Shown one piece after another: positions 35,796 through 47,600 of a stretch of 64,000 bases of DNA (within the stretch, counting starts at the first letter, position 1; every line of letters starts with the position of its first letter). A model generated the notes under the pieces. The model made no database searches. It was not told where the DNA came from and worked only from the letters and a program-made list of their open reading frames with translations. The position numbers and the translations under genes were made by a program. The stretch spans positions 151,710 to 215,709 of the forward strand of contig NW_003314262.1 of NCBI RefSeq assembly GCF_000143415.4, in the 5' to 3' direction. The DNA comes from Selaginella moellendorffii (lineage: Eukaryota; Plantae; Lycopodiophyta).

Positions 35796-38237
35796 CTAAC
35801 ATAAGTCTTGATCAAATATCTTGTTCTCCGGATCATTGTGTTCCAGCAGCTGCACTATACGGCTCATAGAGGGCCTTGAACTTGGGTTTTGCTGGATGCA
35901 CCACAATGCAACCTTCAGCAACAACTTAAACTGCGGCCAATCAGTCTCTGCCATCTCCATCTTTGGATCTGCAATACATTGTAGCTCTGAGGCTATGTAC
36001 TTCTGAAAATAGTCCTCCATTCCTGAGGGAAAGCTTTCGAAGCTTGTTCCAGCCAATTCGTTGAAAATCATCTTATTTGTTCCACTGAGGATGTCAAAAA
36101 GGAGCATTCCAAAGCTATAAACATCGATCTTGGGGGTGACCGACAGACCATCCAGCCACTCGGGTGCCAAATAACCCCGGGTTCCCCTTACAGTCGTCAC
36201 GCTCATGGAGTGCTCTCTTTTAGTCAGCTTGGCTAGACCAAAGTCGGCAATCTTTGGACTCATTTGATCATCCAGAAGTATGTTTTGTGGCTTGATGTCG
36301 CAATGTATAATACACTCCTGGCATTCCTCGTGTAAATAAGCAATGCCTTTTGCTATGCCAAGTGCTATAGAAAACCGAGTCTGCCAACTCGAGTCAGAGG
36401 AGCCTGAATTACTGGATAGATAATTGTCGAGTGAACCATTTGGCATGAACTCGTAGACAAGGAGCCTGTGAACACCCTCCACACAGTAGCCAAGCAGACG
36501 TACAAGATTAACGTGATGTACCTTTCCAATAGTATTCACTTCCGCCTTGAACTGCTTCTCTGCATGAGTAACAGCTTTGATCACCTTGACTGCCACAATA
36601 CCACCTTTTTCAGGTATTTCACCTCTGTAGACGGTTCCGTATCCACCAGAGCCTAGCGTCTCCTCAAAGTTATTGGTGGCCTCTTGGAGTTGTTTGTACG
36701 TGAACTTGGTAGGAGAACCCTCAATCTCTGCTGTTAAAGCCTCCCATTCCTTTCGAGATCTGCGCTTCCACATCGAGAACATGGCAACTCCAATAGCAGC
36801 AAAAGCAACTAATTCTGCAGTGGCGATGGCTATGACAACTGAGTGAAGGTGCATAGAAAGGTAACTTTCTTTGTGATGAGCAGTGAAAATGTTGCTCAGT
36901 GTTGCATTTGTGTTCGACATGAAGTAATCATAATGGTCATCAGCAGCTAGTTTGTCGTTGATGGATACTTTCATGTACACAAGGTTGGGCTTGTCAAACG
37001 ACTGCATCCCATTGTAGAGTCTATCCTGTCCCCCCTTGAGGAAGCATAGACTATCACCGTCTTGAGCCTTGTATGCAGCTGCTAGGCACTGACAATCTTT
37101 TAGACAATTGGCCTTGCATTGCTCCAAAGTTGTGACGGCAGCGTCAAATCTATAGTCACTGTAGTAGTAGTCGGCTCGGGTGGCCAAGACAAGCTTTGTA
37201 GGATGCTCACAGTCCATAGGAACATTATAATCACAACCCTGAGAATCATCGATGGGATCAACACGATGGAATCCAGGAGGGCAGCTACAAGTCTTTTTTG
37301 GTCGATAGGTGCAAAGGCCAAAAGCTCCACAGGCTCCAAAGACATCACATTCCTGCATAAGTGCTTGCCAAACAATACTCCAGGACCTGGTGTCGTTTGA
37401 GAAGCTATACATTCTCAGATTTCCATCGTCATCTAGCTTAAGCCTCCTCAAAACGTTCGAGATTCCATAATCCAGTGCATATTTGTGAGAATTTTCAGTT
37501 CCTATGCCAGTTGCGTCATAATACGATAAAACTCCATCAGAGCTCAAGTTGAGAACTGCTGGAAAACGTAAAGACCCATCAGTCTGGCACTGTATGTTAC
37601 TGTTGACTTGCTCCCCAGTATCATCAATAAGGCACGTTTGCGAACTGTTAACAGCAGGATTTGCTATGTACCAGTATCTCTGAGGAATGACAAACTTCTT
37701 GTTATTGTTCCTCAGGAAAACCTGACCCCTGTTGAGCTGGAGTGCATAGTTTCTCGACTGAGAGAACAGAATTTTAGTATCAGAAACCGTTTCTGTGTGA
37801 AATTGTTGTTCAGGCAAGATGGTGGTGGTGGGAACATCAAAACTTTTCCATGCAAATTGCTCATTCTCTCCATAGACCACCAAGTTGCCAGTCTCTAAAA
37901 GAGAAGCACCTTTGGCCTGTCCAGAATTAGTTCGCCACAGAATGGAAGCTCGATCGATGATGACGAGTCCACCATCAGACCTGAGCTGAAGCTGTGCGCT
38001 TCCACTGGCATGGACAAACTGCCCGTTATCAGTAGTTGCCATCCAAACAATTTCTTCAGGATCGATCTGGTACCATATTGCTAGATTGTAGGCCTCGTCC
38101 ATTAGACGAAAACCAAGAGAAAAAGTACCTCCAGATGAATTCCACTGGCTTCCCAGCTTGAGACTGCTCCCAATCTCTATTTCCATTGCACTGCACGCAA
38201 TTGCAAAGGCGACAAGGAGTAAAAACGCTAATGCCAT
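35796..38237 (-). CDS. G-type lectin S-domain receptor-like kinase (non-RD), 813 aa, intronless
   Basis: Signal peptide, lectin/EGF/PAN, TM, kinase motifs GSGGYG, HCDIKPQN, DFG, GTRGYLAPEW. Confidence 0.96.
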   Translation of the reverse strand: MALAFLLLVAFAIACSAMEIEIGSSLKLGSQWNSSGGTFSLGFRLMDEAYNLAIWYQIDPEEIVWMATTDNGQFVHASGSAQLQLRSDGGLVIIDRASILWRTNSGQAKGASLLETGNLVVYGENEQFAWKSFDVPTTTILPEQQFHTETVSDTKILFSQSRNYALQLNRGQVFLRNNNKKFVIPQRYWYIANPAVNSSQTCLIDDTGEQVNSNIQCQTDGSLRFPAVLNLSSDGVLSYYDATGIGTENSHKYALDYGISNVLRRLKLDDDGNLRMYSFSNDTRSWSIVWQALMQECDVFGACGAFGLCTYRPKKTCSCPPGFHRVDPIDDSQGCDYNVPMDCEHPTKLVLATRADYYYSDYRFDAAVTTLEQCKANCLKDCQCLAAAYKAQDGDSLCFLKGGQDRLYNGMQSFDKPNLVYMKVSINDKLAADDHYDYFMSNTNATLSNIFTAHHKESYLSMHLHSVVIAIATAELVAFAAIGVAMFSMWKRRSRKEWEALTAEIEGSPTKFTYKQLQEATNNFEETLGSGGYGTVYRGEIPEKGGIVAVKVIKAVTHAEKQFKAEVNTIGKVHHVNLVRLLGYCVEGVHRLLVYEFMPNGSLDNYLSSNSGSSDSSWQTRFSIALGIAKGIAYLHEECQECIIHCDIKPQNILLDDQMSPKIADFGLAKLTKREHSMSVTTVRGTRGYLAPEWLDGLSVTPKIDVYSFGMLLFDILSGTNKMIFNELAGTSFESFPSGMEDYFQKYIASELQCIADPKMEMAETDWPQFKLLLKVALWCIQQNPSSRPSMSRIVQLLEHNDPENKIFDQDLC

Positions 38238-38294
38238 GGCAAGAAAGAGTGGTGCGTAAGAGTCACGCAGATAGTCCTTTAAAGTCTCTGCGTG

Positions 38295-38320
38295 CTTGAC
38301 TTAAAGTCAAGTTATTGACT
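38295..38320. promoter_or_regulatory. Three W-boxes, two forming a palindrome, ~60-80 bp upstream of the 813-aa RLK
   Basis: cTTGACTtaaAGTCAAgttaTTGACT. Confidence 0.65.
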
Positions 38321-38539
38321 GTCAGTCATACCTGTGTTCTGGGACCTCCTAGGAGACTTTTTTCTTGTGACAGAAAAAGAAGGAAAAGAGAACGTGCCCA
38401 AACAATGTTAGAAGTATTCTATAATGGAGTGTAGACCACGGCTTCTAGAGTCCTAGAGCACACCCACAGACCCTTAGCGACCAACAATAATATTATTTAT
38501 GCTCCATCAAAGCAGATAAATAGAAATAATATATTATAA

Positions 38540-38830
38540 TAAAGGTCATTGTGTTCTCGAATGGGCCTCGAACTTGGGTGTTGCTAAATCCACAAGGCAA
38601 TCTTTAGCAACAATTCACAGTTTCAGAAATTTCCATCTCTGGACATTTTAGCTCCGAGGCCATGTACTTCTGGAAAGCCCATGCCAAATCCTGAGGCAAG
38701 GCTTTCTAAGCTTGTTTCATGGCTCTCTGAAAATCATCTTGTTTTTCCACAGAGGCTTGTGGGTGATCGACTCCCCTGCTCTCATGAAATGCATGTATAG
38801 CGCAGCCAATGGTATCTTTTGTGTAGGATC
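38540..38830 (-). pseudogene. Deletion-riddled relic of another SD-RLK kinase C-terminus
   Basis: Collinear matches to 35830-36140 (gggcc(t/c)gaacttgggt, atgtacttctg, gaaaatcatctt) and WAFQKYMA as in the 31340 gene. Confidence 0.75.
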
Positions 38831-38934
38831 CACACACCATTAAAGCGCATTATCGGTCTAAACAAAGGGCAATGGAGTTTTTAAACCCTAGAGAATATGC
38901 CCGAGATTTAGGGTCTGGCGATGGCTGCTGATAG

Positions 38935-41900
38935 ATGCGCGCGGCGATCTCCAGAAGCGGCGTGGACGATGCGTGCCGGAGCTACGCGCGCCTCCTCAAG
39001 GAATGCGGTAGGCTGGGGGATTTGGCGCAGGGCAAGCGCCTCCACGCGCAGATCCGCGAATCAGGGCTCCTGCTCGACGATCGCGAGGAGAGCGGCGCGC
39101 GATTCCTGGGCAACTGTCTCGTCCAAATGTATGGCAAATGCGGCAGGACTGACGAGGCGCAGCGCGCATTCGACTCCATCGCGCACAAGAACATCTTCTC
39201 CTGGACGTCGATTCTCGTGGCGTACTTCCACGCGGGCCTCCATGCCCAGGCGCTGGAGAGATTCCACCAGATGATCAAGGCCGGCGTGGAGCCCGACCGT
39301 CTTGTGTTCCTGGCGGCTCTCAACGTGTGTGGCATCCTCAAGCGGCTCGAAGATGGTGCCGGGATCCATCGCCAGATCCAAGACAAGCCGCTGGATTCCG
39401 ACTTGGAGATCGGGAATGCGCTGGTCAGCATGTATGGGAAGTGTGGGAGGCTGGATCTCGCCAAAGAGCTCTTCGATTGTTTGGAGAGGAGGAATGTGAT
39501 CAGCTGGACGATCTTGGTGTCCGTGTTTGCGGAGAATGGGAGGAGAAGAGAGACCTGGGGACTTCTTCGATCCATGGCGGTGGAAGGGATAAAGCCGGAC
39601 AAGGTTTTACTCCTCACGCTACTCAACGTTTGCTCCAGCCGGGGAGTTTTGGACGAGGATAGTTGGATGGCTCACGACTATATCGTCGGGGGTGGATTGG
39701 ATCGCGAGGCGGTGGTGGCCACCGCGCTGCTCTCCATGTTTGCGAGGTGTGGGAGAGTGGACAAGGCCAGGGAGATCTTCGAAAAGGTGGCGGATCACTC
39801 GGCACAAGTGATCGAATGCTGGAACGCGATGATCACGGCTTACGCTCATAGAGGGTGCTCCAAAGAGGCTCTTTTCCTGCTCGATTCTCTCCAGCTCCAG
39901 GGAGTGAAGCCGAATTGCATCACCTTTATCAGCTCTCTTGGTGCCTGCTCGAGCTTGCAAGACGGTCGAGCTCTACACCTTCTCATCCACGAGAGTGGAT
40001 TCGATCAAGAGGTATCGGTGGCGAACGCGCTGGTGACGATGTATGGGAAGTGCGGGAGCTTGCTGGATTCGGCCAAGCTCTTCTCGGAGATGGCTGAGAA
40101 GGACCTGGCGTCCTGGAACTCGGCCATCGCCGCTCACTCTTACCACGGACGCAGCGACGAGTGCATCAAACTCCTGGATCAAATGCGAGGAGAAGGATTC
40201 CTGTACGAGAAGGTAACTTTCCTCACAGCTCTCAACTCGTGCACTGATCCAGCTTCGCTGCAAGATGGAGTTTTGATGCACGAGAAGATCGTCCAGTGTG
40301 GATACGAGGCGGACACGGTGGTGGCGTCGGCGGTGATCAACATGTACGGGAGGTGTGGAGGTCTGGACAGAGCGAGGGAGATCTTCACCAGAGTGAAAAC
40401 TTTCGACGTGATCCTCTGGACCGGGATGCTCACAGTCTACTGTCAACTCGGCCGGACCAAGCAAGTGATGGAGCACTTTCGATCCATGCTCCACGAAGGA
40501 TTGAAGCCAACGGGAGTGACTCTCGTGAACTTGATCACCTGCGTCGCGGATTCCGGACTGGAACACTTCCGAGATGGAGTGTGGATCAGCTCTCTGGCCT
40601 GGGAGAGTGGACTGGAATCCGAGACGATGGTTGCAAACTCTCTCATCGAGATGTTCTCGGAGTTCCGGAGCTTGAGCCAGGCGAGAGCCATCTTCGACAG
40701 GAATCCCGAGAAGAGCGTTGCGCTCCACACCACGATGCTAGCGGCGTACGTGAAGGGAGAGCGCGGCAAAGAAGCCGGTGTTCTTCGCGAGCACGCTCAA
40801 GCAGCCATGGAGCTCTTCCAGACGATGCAAGCACAGGGGCAGAGACCTGGCCTTCCAACTTTCGTCATGGCAGTGGACGCCGCGGGGATCTTAGCAGCGC
40901 TCTCGTCGGGAATAACTCTCCACAGCTCCATTGTGGAGTGTGGCTTCCTCTCCGACGCTCACGTCGCTACCGCGCTCATCGACATGTATGGGAAGTGTGG
41001 AGACTTATCGTCCGCCGAGAAGATCTTCCAGTTCTTCCTCGAGTCCTCGCGGGCAGACATGGTGCTGTGGACGTCGATGATGGGAGCTTACGTCCAGCTC
41101 GATCGGTGCGAGCGAGCGCTCACTCTTTTCGCGAGGATGCTGCTTGAGGGGCTGGAGCCGAGCAGCGTGACGCTCGTCACGGCCATGAGTGCGTGTGGTG
41201 GGCTGGCGGATCCATCCTCGAGCAAGCGCGTCCATGAGCGGGCCAGGGAGCTCGGGCTAGAGTCCGAGACGTGCGTCGCGAACGGGCTCGTGGACATGTA
41301 CGGCAAGGCCGGCGACGTGGACACCGCGCGGTATATCTTTGACCGTGCGTTGCGCCGGAACGTCACGACTTGGAACGCCATGGCGGGCGCTTACCGGCAG
41401 TGTGGCGTGACGCGCGGTGTACTGTGGCTCGTACGGACCATGCAGCGCGACGGGTACCGCCCGGATTCGGTCACCTTTGTGAGCCTTCTATCGGTTTGCG
41501 GCCACTCGGGGCTCTTGGAGGAGGCGCGCTACAACTTCGTGGCGATGCGCCGCGAGTTTGGGATTGATCCATCGCCCAAGCACTACTCCTGCGTCATCGA
41601 TCTGCTGGCGCGCGCTGGAGAGCTCCAGCAGGCCGAGGATTTCATCGCCAGGATCTCGGTTTCTTCCCCGGCATCCTCCCCGATGTGGATGGCGCTGCTG
41701 GGCGCTTGCCGGAGCTTGGGCAATTCCTCTTCCCGGGCGAGGCGCGCGGCCAGGAATGCGATGGACGTAGAGAAGATGGAGCCGCGGTCCCAGCACGATC
41801 CATCAGCCGCCCACGTCGCGCTGGCGAACATCTGTGCCGCGAGTGGGAATTGGGACGAGGCGCTGAGCATCCGCAAGGCGATGGCGGAGAAGGGATTGAG

Positions 41901-42315
41901 GAAAGAGCCCGGGAGGAGCTTGATCGCGGTTAAGAACCGGCTGCACGAATTCGTGGCAGGCGATCGCGATCATCCGCGGCGCGAGGAGATCTATGCCGAG
42001 CTCCGGAGGCTGGAGAGGGCGATGGTGGATCGAGGATACGTCGTGGACACGGGAATGGTGACACACAATGTGGGCGAGGCAGACAAGAGGGATCTACTGG
42101 GCTGCCATAGCGAGAAGCTCGCAGTGGCGTTTGGGGTGCTCAGCACGCCGCCCGGATCGAGCTTGCGGATCATCAAGAACCTGCGCGCCTGTGGCGATTG
42201 TCACACCGCGATCAAGCTCATATCGGCGATCGAGGGGCGGGAGATCGTGGTCAGGGATTCCAATCGTTTCCACCACTTTAGAAATGGGAGCTGTTCTTGC
42301 GGAGACTACTGGTAA
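38935..42315 (+). CDS. PLS-class PPR protein with E and DYW domains (organellar C-to-U RNA editing factor), 1126 aa
   Basis: Repeated NALVSMYGKCG-type motifs, PG box (KEPGRSLI), HSEKLA...CGDCH, terminal CSCGDYW. Confidence 0.96.
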   Translation: MRAAISRSGVDDACRSYARLLKECGRLGDLAQGKRLHAQIRESGLLLDDREESGARFLGNCLVQMYGKCGRTDEAQRAFDSIAHKNIFSWTSILVAYFHAGLHAQALERFHQMIKAGVEPDRLVFLAALNVCGILKRLEDGAGIHRQIQDKPLDSDLEIGNALVSMYGKCGRLDLAKELFDCLERRNVISWTILVSVFAENGRRRETWGLLRSMAVEGIKPDKVLLLTLLNVCSSRGVLDEDSWMAHDYIVGGGLDREAVVATALLSMFARCGRVDKAREIFEKVADHSAQVIECWNAMITAYAHRGCSKEALFLLDSLQLQGVKPNCITFISSLGACSSLQDGRALHLLIHESGFDQEVSVANALVTMYGKCGSLLDSAKLFSEMAEKDLASWNSAIAAHSYHGRSDECIKLLDQMRGEGFLYEKVTFLTALNSCTDPASLQDGVLMHEKIVQCGYEADTVVASAVINMYGRCGGLDRAREIFTRVKTFDVILWTGMLTVYCQLGRTKQVMEHFRSMLHEGLKPTGVTLVNLITCVADSGLEHFRDGVWISSLAWESGLESETMVANSLIEMFSEFRSLSQARAIFDRNPEKSVALHTTMLAAYVKGERGKEAGVLREHAQAAMELFQTMQAQGQRPGLPTFVMAVDAAGILAALSSGITLHSSIVECGFLSDAHVATALIDMYGKCGDLSSAEKIFQFFLESSRADMVLWTSMMGAYVQLDRCERALTLFARMLLEGLEPSSVTLVTAMSACGGLADPSSSKRVHERARELGLESETCVANGLVDMYGKAGDVDTARYIFDRALRRNVTTWNAMAGAYRQCGVTRGVLWLVRTMQRDGYRPDSVTFVSLLSVCGHSGLLEEARYNFVAMRREFGIDPSPKHYSCVIDLLARAGELQQAEDFIARISVSSPASSPMWMALLGACRSLGNSSSRARRAARNAMDVEKMEPRSQHDPSAAHVALANICAASGNWDEALSIRKAMAEKGLRKEPGRSLIAVKNRLHEFVAGDRDHPRREEIYAELRRLERAMVDRGYVVDTGMVTHNVGEADKRDLLGCHSEKLAVAFGVLSTPPGSSLRIIKNLRACGDCHTAIKLISAIEGREIVVRDSNRFHHFRNGSCSCGDYW

Positions 42316-42507
42316 AGAGATAAGGTTTAAAATTTGAAAATATGGCGCGCAAAGATTAGGTCATTAGGAACCCGATTAGCAATTATTAATTTTGTCTTTA
42401 TCACAGCCGTTCGTGACGGATCGATCTGAGCTGTTGGTCTAAGCTAGGGTTTTTGGGCATATCTACGTATATTTGTTCTTCATCCAAGAGCGCGAGCGCC
42501 TGGCGTG

Positions 42508-44459
42508 ATGGCGTTTCCCTACTTGGAATCCGTTGTCGGTGAGTGTCTCGCTTCGATTTCGCCACGAAATATCGGTGTTCTTGGCCAGGGTTCATGATCT
42601 TCATGTATTTCGTGGAGAGTTACTTGCATCTCCGCCAATACAGGGCTCTCAAGCTCCCCACGCTGCCTCCCACGCTCGAAGGCGTCGTCAGCCAGGAGAA
42701 ATTTGAGAAGTCGCGCGCTTACACTATTGAAAAGAGGTTTTTTTATAAAGTTTCAAAGCGCTCTTCTTACTTAAATCTCTTTTGATATTTCAATGCAGCC
42801 GCTTTCAGTTCATACACTCGGTATGGACAATCGTTGAGGAGTGCTGTATGCTGCTGCTGAAAATTTTGCCGTGGATTTGGATGGTATAGTGGTGTTTCAT
42901 GTTAGTATTTGACGATCATTAGCTCTTTGTGCGCTCAGAAATCCGGAGATTTGGCAGTAAGGCTGGGCTTTGATCCTCAAAACGAGATCGCACAAACACT
43001 GGCTTTTCTCGTCCTGACAACTATATGGTCTCAAGTAAGATAAAAAAGCTTTGTAGATTGTTAAAACATCATTGTGTGCTTTATTCTTCAGATAACGGAG
43101 CTTCCTTTCGCCTTGTATTCCACCTTTGTGATTGAAGAGCGTCATGGATTTAATAAAGTTTGCCGCCTTTCTTTTGTTTCCGCTGTGCCTTCTTCTAACC
43201 TTGAGCTTTTTTGGACCAGCAAACGATATGGCTCTTCTTTAAAGACATTCTAACGGGCCTACTTCTTATGGTGGTGCTTGCCCCGCCAATTGTTTCAGCT
43301 GTAATCATCATCGTCCAGGTATGGTGAAGAGTTTCCTCTGTTTTTTTTTATATATATATGAATGGTGAGTGCAGAAAAGTGGCCCATATCTTGCGATTTA
43401 TCTGTGGGGATTCATTGTTGTCCTCGGGCTTCTTATGTTGATACTGTATCCACTCGTGATCCAACCATTGTTCAATAAGTTTACACCCGTAAGCTCACGC
43501 ACATAGTGTAATCTCTTGAAACTGACATCGTAACTGTTGCAGCTCCCGGAAGGATCTTTGCGAAAGCAAATTGAGGATCTGGCTGCCTCTCTGAAATTTC
43601 CTTTGAAGAAGCTGTTTGTGGTAGATGGCTCTACCCGAAGCAGTCATAGCAACGTAAGTAACTGTTTGTGGCTGTTGGTTACTGAATTTTTACTCTTTTG
43701 CAGGCATACATGTATGGCTTTTTCAAAAGCAAGCGCATTGTGCTATACGATACACTAGTTCAGCAAGTACGCTATTTCACTTGTCTCGTTTCATTCGATA
43801 CGATGCTGTTTACAGTGCACAAACGAGGACGAGGTAGTGGCCGTGATAGCGCACGAACTGGGACACTGGAAGCTTAATCACACGACATATTCGTTCATAG
43901 CGGGACAGGTTTTGTATCACACGTACATGGCGCGTTTGCTGACGCTTCTTTTTGCTTGCTGCTCTGTCCAGTTTCTTACTCTACTCCAGTGCGTCGGATA
44001 CACGTTCGTCCGGAACTCCAAGGATTTGTTCCACAGCTTTGGCTTTACCACTCAGCCGGTACTTATCGGCTTGCAGCTGTTCCAGGTATTTCTCTTACGC
44101 CTTTTCTTAAGAAGAAGTGGACCATAGCTAATATTATCAATGCAATGCAGCACACGTTGACGCCACTTCTTCACGTTGCTGGCTTTGTGATGAACCTTGT
44201 GAGTCGCGCGTTTGAGTTCCAGGTAAGAAAACTCGAGAGATCGCTGGGGAGTGTTTTTGAGCTTTGCTCTCTACAGGCTGATAATTTTGCGGGTGAGCTG
44301 GGCTACGCACTCCCGCTCCGTGGCGGGCTTATCAAGCTCCAGGAGGAGAACCTGTCCGCCATGAACACTGATCCCTGGTACTCCACTTACCACTACTCCC
44401 ATCCTCCTCTGGTGGAACGGCTGGCGGCGCTGGACAAATTCCAAAAGAAGACCGAGTGA
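42508..44459 (+). CDS. FACE1: CAAX prenyl protease 1 (peptidase M48), multi-exon
   Basis: [54 protein letters not shown] zinc motif, [29 protein letters not shown]; short GT-AG introns. Confidence 0.95.
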
Positions 44460-44685
44460 GCGAAAAGAAGAAGCGAGATCATTGTATGTAAATTTCCTCT
44501 CGATTTTGGTTTCAAACCACCTCGGACCGGACCACATTATCAAAACTTAAAGCTTGTGCGAAATCGTGAGCTTAGATTAGACTAAGGTCATTATTCTACA
44601 GGCAAGAAAATACTATATCATCGCCCTCGAGTTATTTGTACATGCCTTCGAGTGGAAAAATTTAATAATCTCTCTTCTTTTTTCT

Positions 44686-47600
44686 TCACACCTGGTCAGA
44701 GTAGTGGTGATGGCGGCCATTGCTGTGGCCATTGCCTTGGTCACGCCGTGGTATGGCATGGTAGCTCTTGGCCCGGAAGAACGTCTGGTACGATGGAGCG
44801 CTCACTCGCGGGATGAGCGGGCAGCTCGCGGCGCGGAAGAAGCTAATCGTGTTACACTTTGATCGGCAGCACTTTCTCCACAAACCATGGATCGCTTTTA
44901 CCACAGCGTCCACCACCAGGCTGAGCGACGCCACTCCCACGCAAAAGAGCCACTGGCAGGGGCTCAGGGGCGTGGTGCTCGCCACGGAGCCCAGCCACTC
45001 GATCAAAACCACCTGGAACACAACCGTGGCCGTCACGATCGCGAGGAAAAACCGGTTGTCCAGGTGCCGGAACACGTTGATCTTGTCCATCTCTCTCGAG
45101 TTGAACTCGTTAAAAACCTGGCGTGGATCGGCATCTAGTGAGCAAACGAAACCCGAGCTCGAGCGGCGGAGGCACTAACCTGGAAGAAGACGAAGGTGTT
45201 GAAAATGATCGTGTTGAGCACCAGCTTTCCGTGGTCGCCCGCGTCAACGAGGCCGAAGATCTCCAGCCCCCGGTACTGAAGTACAATGAGCACGACGAGC
45301 TGGAACACAGACTGTGCAAGCACGTTCCTGCACATCACCGGACTGATGAAATTCTCCTTTCTCCGCACTGGCGGCCTCTTCATTAATCCCGCATGTGGGG
45401 ACTCCGTAGCAAGCGCCAGGGCCCCGAGAGTGTCCATTATCAGATTCACCCACAACAGCTGGATCACAGTGAGGGGAACGTCTCCTGCGCCGAGGAAAGC
45501 GTTAGGAAACGCATTAAGTAAGTTATACGGAGAATCGTCGCAAAAGGAACAGGAAGAAAAAAGAAGTACCTGTGGAGCAGGCGGACCAAAAGTTGAGGGC
45601 GAGCGCCACCAGATTCACAGTCGCTTGGAACTGAACAAACTTTTGAATATTGGTGTAGACAGACCGACCCCAGAGCGCAACATTGACTATGGACGCAAAG
45701 TTGTCGTCGAGGATTATGATGTCTGAGCTCTCCTTAGCAACCTGTAACAAGGGAAGACGCAATTAACAATGCTTCAATCATCAGGACGAAATCATGTGAA
45801 CTACCCAGCAGAATTAAGAAGAATAATATTTAATCGGGGCTACCAACCTCGGTTCCAGCTATTCCCATGGAAATCCCAATGTCTGCTTCACGGAGAGCAG
45901 GAGCATCGTTTGTTCCATCTCCTGTTACTCCAACAACTTCCCCCATAGCTTGCAGTTCCTTGACAAGCCTGTGCTTGTCGGAGGGGCTCGATCTAGCTAA
46001 TATCTGATTGAAAAAGGAAGATAAGTACGAGTGCTCAAGCAGAGCATCAAAAACTTACCTGCATCTTTGGGATTCTTCGCCGCATTTCTTCGCCAGTCCA
46101 GCTTCTGAAAACGGGCCCTTCGACAGCTTCACCGTCCGTAAGAATCCCACACTCGCGAGCAATCGCCATAGCTGTGTATAAGTTATCACCGGTCACCATT
46201 CTTACTCGGATACCAGCGGACATGCACATCCTTACAGCTTCCTCCACCCCGGGCCTCACCGGATCCTTGATTCCGACAATCCCGGCACAGACAAAACCTT
46301 GCTGGGGAAGCGCTTCCTCCCCCTGCGGAGCGATCTCCAAGTCTCTGTAAGCTAAACAGAGCGTTCGCAGACCTTCATCTGCAAACCTTCTGATGATTCC
46401 TCTCAGCTCCCAGTTTTTGCTGTCGTCGAGAGCGACTTTCCTGCCTTGAGAGTCGAGGTACCAGTCACACATCCCCATAACTATCTCCGAGGCCCCCTTC
46501 CAATGCACACGATACGAGGGAGCCGATTGCTCACCACCACCGTTAACGGCTACCAGAACTCCCATCATCTTCTTCACCGAGTTGAACGGCTCCACGCGAA
46601 TGACCCTGGATCTGGATCGGACCTCGGACACCAGTCCTTGCCAATTGCCCGCCAAGTCCAATCCAAACTGGAGCAGCGCCGTCTCGGTGGGAGTTCCAAT
46701 CACTTCCACCGTCTTGGTCTTCGGATCATATGCCTCGCCAGGGCATACCACCACCTCTCCACTCGTGTTCTGGAAGATCCCTTCCAGGACCATCTCTCGA
46801 GAAGATCTTGACACCACCGGCACCCGCTCTGTTCTCCCCGCGACCAGTAATTCGTCCCCGATCCACGACTTGATTACAGTCATCTGATTCGTCGTGAGCG
46901 TCCCCGTCTTGTCGCACAGTATACACGTCGCGGACCCCATCGTCTCGCACGCCGCCAGGTGCCTCACGAGTGCCTTCTCGCTCATCATCTTCATCATCGC
47001 GAATGCCAGGGACAGCGTCACCGCCAGAGGAAGCCCCTCGGGCACCGCCACCACCACGATCGTCACGGCCGTGGACAAGAACTGGACGCCCTTCATCACG
47101 TCGTGCATCGACCAAGCACCACTCTTCGAAGTCACGTACTTGGTCACCAGGATCACAAAGATGGCCACTGCCGATCCAAGACCAATCTTCCCGATGAGCG
47201 TCGCCAGATCCTGGAGCTTGTGCTGGAGAGGAGTCTCGGACTGCCCGGAATCCTCCCCGCTGAGAATCGACATACTGTGCCCCCATTCGGTGTTCATTCC
47301 CACGCCAGTGACGATCATCACCCCCGATCCATCGCCAATCTTGGTGCCCGAGATGAGGAATGGCTGCTCGGCCGATTTTGCTCGCATCTCACTCTCGCCT
47401 GTCATGCACGATTCATCCACCAGCAGCGACTGGCCGTAGAGTAGCAAGCCATCCGCCGGGATCTGATCGCCAATGCCGAGATGGACAATGTCACCGACCA
47501 CCAGCTCTGACGCTAGGATCCTCCGACGCTTGGCGGACCGAGTGACCTGTATGTAGACCTTTCCCTTCTCCTTGTCGAGAGCCCGGAACTGGACAGCCTG

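Noticed and set aside
21093-38237. True ortholog of the Brassica SRK/SLG/SCR self-incompatibility locus
   Set aside because: These kinases are essentially intronless and non-RD (SD-2-like) rather than SRK-type, and I found no small secreted Cys-rich ligand gene. Only the architecture is analogous.
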